DNA of 54,988 nucleotides, taken from NCBI GenBank assembly GCA_021081985.1, contig GCA_021081985.1_3639.2. The stretch is one strand, 5' to 3'. The stretch is from a phage. Every line of letters starts with the position of its first letter. The stretch's first letter is position 1. Below are positions 27,051-34,952 of the stretch, in pieces. Below the pieces are notes generated by a model. That model was not told the DNA's origin and ran no database searches. It was given only the letters and a program-made list of their open reading frames with translations. Both the position numbers and the translations under genes were made by a program.

Positions 27051-27674
27051 ATGAAAACCATCGTTAACGCTGAGAATGTATCTTTCGATAAGTTGAACGA
27101 CGAACAAAAAGAAAAAGCCATTGATCTTATTCGTGAGCGTGAAAGAGAAAGCGCCGATAATTTCTTTGCGGATAGTGTCATTGAAGACTATAAGAATGAC
27201 ATTTTACCAGAGTACGGGATCGATGACGCGGTTATCTATTGGTCAGGATTCTGGTCGCAAGGCGACGGCGCATCAATCAGCACTGACAGCGTGGATATTG
27301 AAAAATTTTTAAGAAAAGTTAAATCTTTAACAAAATTTAGAGGTATCCGCAAACTATTTGATCTCGGTGAATATAGCCAGTTATATGCAAGCATTGAGCG
27401 GGATAACTACAGCCGTTACCATCATGAAAATACTGTATCAGGTTACGTTGAGACTATGTATTGCGGTGATTTAACGGCAAAACAGGAAGATCTGATCAAT
27501 CAGCTTGAAAACTTGTTAACTGAAACGATCCGCGATCTGTCTTGTAAACTTTACAGAGATTTAGAATCAGCCTACGATGACCAGTTTACAGATGAAGCCA
27601 TCACCGAGTCAATTGAAGCCAATGATTATCGTTTTGATATTGATGAAGATGGAAAAGTTTACGCTATCGCTTAA
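27051..27674 (+). CDS. Acidic hypothetical protein (first gene of the early cluster)
   Basis: 207 aa, Asp/Glu-rich; RBS AAAAGGGGTAAATTAAT before ATG. Confidence 0.5.
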   Translation: MKTIVNAENVSFDKLNDEQKEKAIDLIRERERESADNFFADSVIEDYKNDILPEYGIDDAVIYWSGFWSQGDGASISTDSVDIEKFLRKVKSLTKFRGIRKLFDLGEYSQLYASIERDNYSRYHHENTVSGYVETMYCGDLTAKQEDLINQLENLLTETIRDLSCKLYRDLESAYDDQFTDEAITESIEANDYRFDIDEDGKVYAIA

Positions 27675-27680
27675 AAGTAC

Positions 27681-27710
27681 TTGCATTCAGTTTTAAAATA
27701 GTATTATACT
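27681..27710 (+). promoter_or_regulatory. Putative promoter TTGCAT-17-TTATAC
   Basis: Precedes the 5' stem-loop at 27721-27740 and the gene at 27762. Confidence 0.35.
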
Positions 27711-27761
27711 ACTATCACAAAGCGGGGAATCTCTCCCCGCGACATTCAGGAGATCATCAAA

Positions 27762-27974
27762 ATGGCTAATATCCGCACCTTGTTAAAAAATGCAAAGCAA
27801 GTTTTATTTTCCGATCACGATTATTTAAATAAAGACATTACAGGCGTAAAGAATATCAAAGACGTAAAAAATGTCATGGGTATCTATTGCAATATGAAGC
27901 GAGTAGGCACATTTGGTAATAAAGTATTATATCAGGCAGGTGACTACAATTTTACTTTGACAATTATTTCATAA
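27762..27974 (+). CDS. Hypothetical small protein
   Basis: 70 aa; RBS CAGGAGATCATCAAA before ATG. Confidence 0.45.
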   Translation: MANIRTLLKNAKQVLFSDHDYLNKDITGVKNIKDVKNVMGIYCNMKRVGTFGNKVLYQAGDYNFTLTIIS

Positions 27975-27980
27975 AACCAC

Positions 27981-28008
27981 TTGCAAAGTTATATAGTCCT
28001 GTTATACT
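27981..28008 (+). promoter_or_regulatory. Putative promoter TTGCAA-16-TATACT
   Basis: Hexamers at 27981-27986 and 28003-28008. Confidence 0.45.
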
Positions 28009-28041
28009 ACCAACATTGACAAACGAGAGGTAAATAAAAAA

Positions 28042-28398
28042 ATGGCAATCCAGGCAATCCTGTTAGAACTTACAGACTTCCGTAATACTGTAAAAAATTT
28101 AACCAAAAAACAGGTTGATAATATTATCAACGGATACCGTAGCAAGATTAAAGATCTTCCGCTTAAACGCGATCAACATGCGGCTAATATGATGCTTGAC
28201 GCTATGATCAAAAAGATGATTCAGTGCGATCTTACTCTGGCTTATGAATACGCTGGCGATCTCTTTGTAACGTATAATAAGCCAGTGCCAGGCATGTGCA
28301 CCACGGAAGAATTGCACGCCCTGAATCTAAAACAAGATGCATGGGATAATATGCGCCGCGTTATGGTGTGGGCAGAAAGCGGTAAAATTTATCAATAA
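28042..28398 (+). CDS. Hypothetical protein
   Basis: 118 aa; RBS GAGAGGTAAATAAAAAA before ATG. Confidence 0.45.
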   Translation: MAIQAILLELTDFRNTVKNLTKKQVDNIINGYRSKIKDLPLKRDQHAANMMLDAMIKKMIQCDLTLAYEYAGDLFVTYNKPVPGMCTTEELHALNLKQDAWDNMRRVMVWAESGKIYQ

Positions 28399-28404
28399 AG
28401 ATAG

Positions 28405-28442
28405 TTGTCTTTTAGTTATGCCGTGGTAGAATACACGGCATA
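28405..28442 (+). promoter_or_regulatory. Promoter TTGTCT-16-TAGAAT with a 9-bp inverted repeat (TATGCCGTG / CACGGCATA) bracketing the -10
   Basis: Arms at 28417-28425 and 28434-28442; near-identical copy at 32649-32686. Confidence 0.5.
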
Positions 28443-28474
28443 GATAAGAGAAACTACTTATCAGAGTTTAAAAG

Positions 28475-28693
28475 ATGAAAAATATTACTGGTAAAACCGA
28501 GCTATTAAAGGCGCTTTCTGTCGGTGAGTCAGCTTTATGGGTATGTGAAAAAGATCGCCTACCGTCGCGTGAGATGGCCTTGTTTAAGGCTTTATCTCTG
28601 AAGCTGAAAATTAAATTATCCCAAAAATTAGCGGTTGTTGCCGCACCTGGGGAAACTGCTTTCAGTGTTGTAATGGTTAAAAGGTTGGAGTAG
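28475..28693 (+). CDS. Hypothetical small protein
   Basis: 72-aa ORF. Confidence 0.4.
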   Translation: MKNITGKTELLKALSVGESALWVCEKDRLPSREMALFKALSLKLKIKLSQKLAVVAAPGETAFSVVMVKRLE

Positions 28694-28713
28694 AAAAAAA
28701 ATTAAAAATTATA

Positions 28714-28742
28714 TTGACAAGCAAAACAGCAAAAATTAAACT
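28714..28742 (+). promoter_or_regulatory. Putative promoter TTGACA-17-TAAACT
   Basis: A-rich upstream tract; precedes the gene at 28781. Confidence 0.35.
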
Positions 28743-28780
28743 TACACACAGTTAAACAAATAATATTAACGAGGTAAATC

Positions 28781-29152
28781 ATGAAACAGTTAACCGCTTC
28801 CCAAAAAGCAATGATCCGCAAGTATGTTTTAAACTCTCTTTCTTTCGATATTGAATCGGGTAGCGAGCAAGATCAGATCAAAGAATTAAAAAACCGATTT
28901 GAATCTGAATACTGGTACGATAGCAACAAGAAACGCTATCAAAATGATAAAGTACAAGGCCTCAAAAATTGGTTGCAAGGTTTGCCGAGTGGTGTTAATA
29001 TCGATTTCACTTATTACGATATTGAGCAACGCCTTAAAGATCTTGGAATCATTACCGAGACGACCAGAGAAAGCACTATTGAAAAATATGTATCTGAGTG
29101 GTGGGATCTGATAGCGCCGTTTTATGCTGGGCTAATCGTCAACTTAAAATAA
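28781..29152 (+). CDS. Hypothetical protein
   Basis: 123 aa; RBS ACGAGGTAAATC before ATG. Confidence 0.45.
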   Translation: MKQLTASQKAMIRKYVLNSLSFDIESGSEQDQIKELKNRFESEYWYDSNKKRYQNDKVQGLKNWLQGLPSGVNIDFTYYDIEQRLKDLGIITETTRESTIEKYVSEWWDLIAPFYAGLIVNLK

Positions 29153-29230
29153 TTATTGTAAACTGTCTGAAACTGGTTTAAATTAAAGGGAGTGAGTTTA
29201 ATCACTCCCAACATGAAAGAGGTTAATCAA

Positions 29231-29542
29231 ATGAATACTTATTTTTCTACTCGTTCACTTGCACGCATTGCAGCGAAAGAAACAGGCGGTAAAGTTTTAG
29301 ATAATGGAAAAGATGCGCCGATCGGTAAACGTTGGCAAGTTATCCCTGGCTATGTTATTGAAGCCGTCCAGGATACAGCGAAACAACGCGCTGAGATGGA
29401 AAATAAACCAGTAGTCACCTTGTCCATTGGTAAGCGTAGCAATGTAGCGAATCAAGCCCGTAAGGCGCTTTATTACGCCATCAATTACGCAAAAAATAAT
29501 AAAACTGTTCCGGTTTATCATAAGCGTTCATTTAAAAAATAA
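29231..29542 (+). CDS. Hypothetical protein (start trimmed to MNTYFST)
   Basis: RBS AAAGAGGTTAATCAA before ATG at 29231; basic C-terminus. Confidence 0.4.
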   Translation: MNTYFSTRSLARIAAKETGGKVLDNGKDAPIGKRWQVIPGYVIEAVQDTAKQRAEMENKPVVTLSIGKRSNVANQARKALYYAINYAKNNKTVPVYHKRSFKK

Positions 29543-29559
29543 TTTTTAATTAGATAAAA

Positions 29560-29583
29560 AAGCGCCCATCTCTTAGGGCGCTT
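29560..29583 (-). terminator. Stem-loop AAGCGCCC/GGGCGCTT with the T-run on the minus strand
   Basis: On the plus strand an A-run precedes the hairpin, so it is oriented to terminate minus-strand transcription inside a plus-strand gene block. Confidence 0.35.
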
Positions 29584-29620
29584 AACCAAAACACCAAAAC
29601 ACTTAAAGAGGTAAATTATT

Positions 29621-29971
29621 ATGAATAATATTGTAGAAGTTTTCAAAAAAGCCGTAGAAAATAAAAACGCTGAATTGTCTTTAGTATCTCTAGATTTCAC
29701 TGATGTTTACGGTAACACTTATTTTGTTTATGAGCTTAGTTTTACTTGTCCTGAGTTAAAAACATGGGAGACGTTGCATAAATCTCGCGATCTGCAATAT
29801 GGATATGGTGATCACGTTTTAACTGTTGCAATGAAAGACCTTTCAACTATCACCGGGGTAAAATCTGAGGCCGCATATATTACCCGTTGGGCGCATGACA
29901 ACGGTTTAAAAATTAGTGTCAACAAGCGCACCAATTGCCGGAAAAAAGATTTAAAACAGTTTATCGCTTGA
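29621..29971 (+). CDS. Hypothetical protein
   Basis: 116 aa; RBS AAAGAGGTAAATTATT before ATG. Confidence 0.45.
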   Translation: MNNIVEVFKKAVENKNAELSLVSLDFTDVYGNTYFVYELSFTCPELKTWETLHKSRDLQYGYGDHVLTVAMKDLSTITGVKSEAAYITRWAHDNGLKISVNKRTNCRKKDLKQFIA

Positions 29972-29996
29972 TCCTGTTAATCATCTTGGTGGTTGT

Positions 29997-30347
29997 ATGA
30001 TTCAGTTTTATATAATCATCGCGGCGCTTGCAATTTACTTAGGATTGCACAAAAAAGTATTCAGGGTGATTATCTGGTTTTATTACGAGTACAGGATCAA
30101 AATGGTTTTCCATTATATTGAATACTCTTTCCACGGTGAGAGATACCACACAAGAAGATCCGGCCCATTAAATGATCTTGAGGGCAACGGTTTAATCTGT
30201 GAGATTAAAAAGCGTGGCGGTAAAATTCTTTACCACAAAGAGGGTACTTTTGATTATATTGATGAGGTGATTAATTTTAGGCAACAAGCCGTAAAAGATC
30301 ACGCCAGCAAAATAATCAACGGCAGCTATAAACGCAAAGCGGGGTAA
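29997..30347 (+). CDS. Hypothetical protein with N-terminal transmembrane segment
   Basis: 116 aa; N-terminus MIQFYIIIAALAIYLGL is hydrophobic. Confidence 0.4.
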   Translation: MIQFYIIIAALAIYLGLHKKVFRVIIWFYYEYRIKMVFHYIEYSFHGERYHTRRSGPLNDLEGNGLICEIKKRGGKILYHKEGTFDYIDEVINFRQQAVKDHASKIINGSYKRKAG

Positions 30348-30348
30348 T

Positions 30349-30531
30349 ATGCGGAATTTTGAAAAAATTGTTAAAGCTAATCGCCTGGAATACGGGGAAA
30401 CAGACGAAAAACGGGAACGGGTAGGCAAACGCCACAAACCTAAAAAGGTTCCTAAGTTGTGGTGTCCTGATAAATACGATCACAAATTAAAACAGCGTAT
30501 CGCTGAAAAACAGCGACTTAATGCAAGATAA
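30349..30531 (+). CDS. Hypothetical small basic protein
   Basis: 60 aa, Lys/Arg-rich; followed by a terminator. Confidence 0.4.
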   Translation: MRNFEKIVKANRLEYGETDEKRERVGKRHKPKKVPKLWCPDKYDHKLKQRIAEKQRLNAR

Positions 30532-30536
30532 CAGAC

Positions 30537-30561
30537 AAGGCCGGATAGTTCCGGCCTTTTT
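30537..30561 (+). terminator. Rho-independent terminator
   Basis: AAGGCCGGA-TAGT-TCCGGCCTT followed by TTTTT. Confidence 0.6.
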
Positions 30562-30749
30562 AATGCCTGGTGGCGTTCAGAACGATTAAAACTCTTAAAG
30601 ATGGTCCAATGTACCACAAAATAAAATAGCTCGTTAGAGAGTGTTTTAGAGGCCTTAAAATCGATCCGAAAATATCTATAAAAATGCTTGCAATGCTTTC
30701 CCGCTATCGTTATAGTGTTCCCAACAAGCAAGCAAACGAGGTAACGGCA

Positions 30750-30887
30750 ATGATTGAGATTCTTAAAAATCCTATTTTGTGTGGTATGGTTGTTTCTGTG
30801 TCACTTCCGATCGTGCTGTTAGTCGTTGGCGAGATAGATGATCTTATTTTCAATAAAAGACTTGCCAACAAGTCAAAAACAAATTAA
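30750..30887 (+). CDS. Small membrane protein (start trimmed to MIEILKNPIL)
   Basis: RBS ACGAGGTAACGGCA before ATG at 30750; hydrophobic core CGMVVSVSLPIVLLVVG. Confidence 0.35.
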   Translation: MIEILKNPILCGMVVSVSLPIVLLVVGEIDDLIFNKRLANKSKTN

Positions 30888-30924
30888 CATAGTATCAACA
30901 TACTAACTGACGAGGTGATTTAAT

Positions 30925-31143
30925 ATGTTTGGTTTTATTGTTCTATCTTGTTCTCTTTCTGTCACTGCTGCAAAGGTAGAATGTAACTACACTGTAAAAG
31001 AGACTTTTAATGATGAAAATTCTTGCAATGTATACGAAAATAATTATAAACTAGGAGACGGGGAGCAGTTCGGGATCTGTGATGAATTAAAGGACGGTAT
31101 CAAGAAAGGCGATAAGCGCCCGATCCTGGTCCTGAAAAAATAA
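30925..31143 (+). CDS. Small secreted protein (signal peptide-like N-terminus)
   Basis: 72 aa; N-terminus MFGFIVLSCSLSVTAAKV; RBS GACGAGGTGATTTAAT. Confidence 0.4.
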   Translation: MFGFIVLSCSLSVTAAKVECNYTVKETFNDENSCNVYENNYKLGDGEQFGICDELKDGIKKGDKRPILVLKK

Positions 31144-31175
31144 TTTTTCTAATCATGTTGATCAATTTTTAAGAG

Positions 31176-31472
31176 GTGAATAAAATGTTTGAAGTTTTCG
31201 CGGGTATGTGCTTTTATACAGCTTTGGCAGTTCGCCAGTGTGATGATTATATCGTTGAATCATACGATGATCAGTTGACTTGCGAAATAGTCGCTAATGA
31301 CTACGGCAAAAAAGATCGCTGGATTAATCCGGCTTGCATACCATCCCCAGAGGTTGAAGCCATGCCGGAAGGGGAAGAGGTATCAGATCCAGTTGTAGCA
31401 GTATCCTCCTTTTTCGTTGACAACCTGGACGCCCAAGAATTGATCAACATGTATGTAAAAAATCAAAAATAA
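31176..31472 (+). CDS. Hypothetical protein
   Basis: 98 aa; RBS TAAGAGGTGAATAAA before ATG. Confidence 0.45.
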   Translation: MNKMFEVFAGMCFYTALAVRQCDDYIVESYDDQLTCEIVANDYGKKDRWINPACIPSPEVEAMPEGEEVSDPVVAVSSFFVDNLDAQELINMYVKNQK

Positions 31473-31475
31473 CGC

Positions 31476-31510
31476 TTGACGTTGATTTGTGCCACCTTAT
31501 AATAGGTGGC
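31476..31510 (+). promoter_or_regulatory. Promoter TTGACG-16-TATAAT with the -10 inside the inverted repeat GCCACCT/AGGTGGC
   Basis: TTGACG at 31476-31481, TATAAT at 31498-31503; palindrome arms at 31491-31497 and 31504-31510. Confidence 0.5.
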
Positions 31511-31562
31511 ATAGGTAAGCGAAAGCGGATCTAAGTCTTAAACAAGTTAAGAGAGGTAAATC

Positions 31563-31697
31563 ATGGAACAAGCTAATAAATTTTTCTTTCTGGCTGGGAT
31601 CGTGGATAATGTGAAATATGATTTCAAGCGTGAAAATGATAAGACGTTACTCACTTTCTGCGATATGCTTGATCATGAGAATGCCGACAAGTTATGA
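31563..31697 (+). CDS. Hypothetical small protein (44 aa, not in the ORF track)
   Basis: RBS AAGAGAGGTAAATC before ATG; translated MEQANKFFFLAGIVDNVKYDFKRENDKTLLTFCDMLDHENADKL. Confidence 0.3.
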   Translation: MEQANKFFFLAGIVDNVKYDFKRENDKTLLTFCDMLDHENADKL

Positions 31698-32031
31698 ATC
31701 GAGATCCGCACGATAACCAATATCGACAATTCAAGCCGTTTAATTTATAAATCTCATTCGATAGCTTACAGCTTGGAAACATCAACAAGCTGCATACAAC
31801 AAGGTGAGAGCTTGCCCATTCTAAATAGTGCCGATGTATTTGGCGCGGTTGTTGCAATTGTAAATGATGTTTTTTCTCGTTGATTGGTGTTAATATTATG
31901 TTAGAGAATATCGTGTTTTGGTGTGGTGTCGTTATCGCTGTTATGGTTGGCATCCTGGCGACGATGGCGAACATTGTGATCTCAAACAACCTGGCAGGGT
32001 AAAAATTTTTTAAAAATAGTATTGACATACT

Positions 32032-32059
32032 GGCGGCATATGGTATCATTTACCACATG
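32032..32059 (+). promoter_or_regulatory. Promoter TTGACA-16-TATCAT with extended -10 TG and upstream AAAAATAGTA element
   Basis: TTGACA at 32032-32037; TGGTATCAT at 32051-32059. Confidence 0.45.
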
Positions 32060-32100
32060 AAGGGGCGAGATTGACTTGCCTCACTAACGAAAGGTAAATA

Positions 32101-32370
32101 ATGATGAACATTTCTAAAACTACTTTTAACTTTGCTAAAAAGCGTGGAATTGAGCTTGAGCTAGTCGAAGCAGATGATCGCTTGCTCCTGGCTTTTTATG
32201 AAGCTAAAAACGAATGTGAGTGGATGTTCTCTTATAATGTTAATCATGATTGCCTAACCTGGCGCGGAAATATCTATCTTTCAAACGAAGTGAAAGAGGA
32301 ATTACCCGCCACGATCACGACTGAGAAAAAACTACGTGAGGTTATTGACTTCATCTCTAAAAGTATCTAA
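32101..32370 (+). CDS. Hypothetical protein
   Basis: 89 aa; RBS ACGAAAGGTAAATA before ATG. Confidence 0.45.
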   Translation: MMNISKTTFNFAKKRGIELELVEADDRLLLAFYEAKNECEWMFSYNVNHDCLTWRGNIYLSNEVKEELPATITTEKKLREVIDFISKSI

Positions 32371-32417
32371 GATTACAGGGAAAGGGGCAAAAGCCCCCTA
32401 CCGCAGAAGGTATAAAA

Positions 32418-32642
32418 ATGGATAAATTAACAAAGATTGAACATGAAGTTATGGATCTTGCACGGGCTAATAAGCCATTTGACAAGATTTACTCTAAGGA
32501 GAATAAAGAGATCTTGAAAGATCTAACGCAAGGCCAAAAAGACGGCTTGCGCCGCTTATATCGTGAGGCGTATGACTATTTTCGCTGGTGGGAAATAGAA
32601 GAGGCTAACGCGAAAATAGAAGGCTTAGAAAATTTAGTATAA
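32418..32642 (+). CDS. Hypothetical small protein
   Basis: 74 aa; RBS CAGAAGGTATAAAA before ATG. Confidence 0.4.
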   Translation: MDKLTKIEHEVMDLARANKPFDKIYSKENKEILKDLTQGQKDGLRRLYREAYDYFRWWEIEEANAKIEGLENLV

Positions 32643-32648
32643 AAGTAG

Positions 32649-32686
32649 TTGACTTTTAGTTATGCCGTGATAGAATGCACGGCATA
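32649..32686 (+). promoter_or_regulatory. Promoter TTGACT-16-TAGAAT with the same 9-bp inverted repeat (TATGCCGTG / CACGGCATA) as at 28405-28442
   Basis: The two copies share about 40 nt including both palindrome arms. Confidence 0.5.
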
Positions 32687-32737
32687 GATAAGAGAGACGG
32701 CATAAGCCATTAATTAAACTTAAAGAGGTGAATTATC

Positions 32738-33139
32738 ATGAATACTTATGGTACTGTTTTTAATTTCGACAACTTCAAAGCTATCTGTGACGATCAGATC
32801 GGTAAGTGCCGTAAAGAAAAAGGATTCTATAAATCTTATAAATTGATTGCGGTTGTTGATGAAGAGATCACCGAAGTGGCGACGCTCAACCTGTACCACA
32901 CCAACGCTACTAATTACGCTTGCTTATGGATGCACTGGACCAATATTAAAGGTTGGGATCATGGCTATGTTGGCGGGAAAGCAAGCGGATACGGTTACAA
33001 CAGGGAAGAGGCCGCGATCCATGTTGCAGCTAATAAACTCGGTATTACCGGCAACTGGTTTAACGGTGAACAATTGTTAGATGCAATGGCACGTCATTTT
33101 GATATGAAAGGCGCGAAGGTTATCTGCTGCAACGCGTGA
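32738..33139 (+). CDS. Hypothetical protein
   Basis: 133 aa; RBS AAAGAGGTGAATTATC before ATG. Confidence 0.45.
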   Translation: MNTYGTVFNFDNFKAICDDQIGKCRKEKGFYKSYKLIAVVDEEITEVATLNLYHTNATNYACLWMHWTNIKGWDHGYVGGKASGYGYNREEAAIHVAANKLGITGNWFNGEQLLDAMARHFDMKGAKVICCNA

Positions 33140-33186
33140 TCACTCAATAGCGGGGAATATTCCCCGCTTATAGATAGGGCATAATC

Positions 33187-33570
33187 ATGATTTACGATCT
33201 TAAATATTACGACGAATTGAGCATTGCAGCACAATTAACCGCCCGTGTCAATATTATAGCAGACCTGGAGAATCACCACAGAAAGCGCATAGCTCAGACT
33301 ATCGCCAGTTTTAAAAATGATCCCCATAAAGTGATTAATGACACGAAGCACATTCAACGCCTGATAAACGGCGCAAAGGCGCTTTATAGTGTACGCCATT
33401 ACGTGGATGATTACCTTATAAAGTTTATTCGTGATAATCGTTTGATCTTTACCCCTGGGGGCAGCTATATAACCTATAGCGACGGCTTTATGATGATTAT
33501 TGGAGGTAAGGAATACACCCCCCACGGCCTCACAACAAAAAGCATTGAGGGAGCTTTACATAGCCATTAA
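33187..33570 (+). CDS. Hypothetical protein
   Basis: 127-aa ORF preceded by the stem-loop at 33149-33168. Confidence 0.4.
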   Translation: MIYDLKYYDELSIAAQLTARVNIIADLENHHRKRIAQTIASFKNDPHKVINDTKHIQRLINGAKALYSVRHYVDDYLIKFIRDNRLIFTPGGSYITYSDGFMMIIGGKEYTPHGLTTKSIEGALHSH

Positions 33571-33642
33571 TGAACGCGGTCCGTCATATCATGATTGGTT
33601 ATATAGAATACACCACAAGATAAAAATTTTTATGATTCCCGC

Positions 33643-33671
33643 TTGACACCCTCATAAAAACGCCTTATTAT
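33643..33671 (+). promoter_or_regulatory. Promoter TTGACA-17-TATTAT
   Basis: Followed by the 5' stem-loop GGCGGGGAGCGGTTCCCCGCC (33683-33703) and the gene at 33725. Confidence 0.45.
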
Positions 33672-33724
33672 CTATCTCATAAGGCGGGGAGCGGTTCCCC
33701 GCCACACTTAAGAGGTAAATAATC

Positions 33725-34090
33725 ATGCGTAACCTGGTTCATGTTTCCAACGTTGAAAAATTCCAATCTTTACAGGCTATCGTAAACGATACAGCGCTTT
33801 TTATCGTTAAAGGCTTGATCGCAAGAATGCAACAGAAAAAACCTGAAATCTGGGCTAATTATTGCCTTGATAATGATGATCAGGCCGCCGCTTTCATGGT
33901 TGGCGAACTGCTGGGAAGTGTAGGGAACATGTTACCGGAAAACATCGCAGAAGAGATCGCCTACCGTTACAATATGGCGATAACTTATCAGGAAGTCGCA
34001 CAATTTAACCTGATGGATGACGACGAACAACAGGACAGGAAATTTTCTGGGAGTATGCCGACCGCCAAGCCGTTTTTGATGAGCGGTTAG
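33725..34090 (+). CDS. Hypothetical protein
   Basis: 121 aa; RBS TAAGAGGTAAATAATC before ATG. Confidence 0.45.
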   Translation: MRNLVHVSNVEKFQSLQAIVNDTALFIVKGLIARMQQKKPEIWANYCLDNDDQAAAFMVGELLGSVGNMLPENIAEEIAYRYNMAITYQEVAQFNLMDDDEQQDRKFSGSMPTAKPFLMSG

Positions 34091-34118
34091 AGATGTACTA
34101 TAATGAATGGTAATGAAC

Positions 34119-34147
34119 AGGCCGCATATTAGCGGCCTTTAATTTTT
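34119..34147 (+). terminator. Putative rho-independent terminator
   Basis: AGGCCGC-ATATTA-GCGGCCT followed by TTTAATTTTT. Confidence 0.5.
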
Positions 34148-34150
34148 CTA

Positions 34151-34178
34151 TTGACAATATTACACTAACCTTTAAAAT
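34151..34178 (+). promoter_or_regulatory. Putative promoter TTGACA-16-TAAAAT
   Basis: Precedes the small gene at 34210. Confidence 0.4.
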
Positions 34179-34209
34179 GTTCTCTGTTAAGTATCTTTAA
34201 AGGTGTAAC

Positions 34210-34389
34210 ATGTTTCAATCAATCATTGATGTTCTATCAGTCGCTAACAACGTGATGAATGTAATTACAATGATTAAACTTGTTGCGTGGTTTGTTTCTG
34301 GGGATTATCGCTATATCAAATGGCGCAAGCCAACCATAAAAGACGTAGCGAAGATCTCATTTGAAGCAATGACAGAATATTATCTATAA
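34210..34389 (+). CDS. Hypothetical small protein (59 aa, not in the ORF track)
   Basis: RBS AAAGGTGTAAC before ATG; translated MFQSIIDVLSVANNVMNVITMIKLVAWFVSGDYRYIKWRK... Confidence 0.3.
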   Translation: MFQSIIDVLSVANNVMNVITMIKLVAWFVSGDYRYIKWRKPTIKDVAKISFEAMTEYYL

Positions 34390-34401
34390 CGATTATTTTT
34401 G

Positions 34402-34430
34402 TTGACATCCTGGGATTACTCTTTTACTAT
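34402..34430 (+). promoter_or_regulatory. Putative promoter TTGACA-17-TACTAT
   Basis: Precedes the gene at 34485. Confidence 0.4.
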
Positions 34431-34484
34431 TAACGTGACTGGAAGGCCGTAACTGGTACGACCTGATTTGAAAGGTGAATTAAT

Positions 34485-34685
34485 ATGAAACGTTTTACTT
34501 ATGGTGTTGTCGGTGGTTCTGTTTCTAATCGGTTTTACAATACCGAGCGTGGTGCTAAAAATGCGGCTACCCGTGAACATGGCAATAGTGTGAATTTACA
34601 AGTTGGCTATATTAGCAAAATTAGCGGCATGTTTATTCCGGTTGCTCAACGCGGCATGTATTGCATAAACTGGATGCCAATGTAA
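34485..34685 (+). CDS. Hypothetical small protein
   Basis: 66 aa; RBS AAAGGTGAATTAAT before ATG. Confidence 0.45.
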   Translation: MKRFTYGVVGGSVSNRFYNTERGAKNAATREHGNSVNLQVGYISKISGMFIPVAQRGMYCINWMPM

Positions 34686-34700
34686 AAAGGAGTAATAAAA

Positions 34701-34892
34701 ATGGATGTACCACAAGTTAGAAAGGTATTAGCAGCGTTACGCTATCACAATTATAGCAAGGTGAAGAATGATCCTGATTATGTTGATTCAAGCCTGGAGG
34801 AAGACACATTGCAAGCTATAAGCCATATGCAGAAATTGCTTAAACGTATGACAGAGAAGAACAGATCTGATTATATAGGTGAAGAGATTTAA
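34701..34892 (+). CDS. Hypothetical small protein
   Basis: 63 aa; RBS AAAAGGAGTAATAAAA before ATG; last gene before the gene-poor region. Confidence 0.45.
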   Translation: MDVPQVRKVLAALRYHNYSKVKNDPDYVDSSLEEDTLQAISHMQKLLKRMTEKNRSDYIGEEI

Positions 34893-34923
34893 TCTCTTAC
34901 AACCGCACAAAGTAAAATTGTAC

Positions 34924-34952
34924 AAAGGGCGCTTAATGCGCCCTTTCTTTTT
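34924..34952 (+). terminator. Rho-independent terminator ending the plus-strand early cluster
   Basis: GGGCGC-TTAAT-GCGCCC followed by TTTCTTTTT. Confidence 0.6.

Noticed and set aside
31651-32049. 132-aa minus-strand ORF inside the plus-strand early cluster
   Set aside because: Antisense to well-supported plus-strand signals (promoter at 32032 and small ORFs), no RBS, odd composition; likely not coding.
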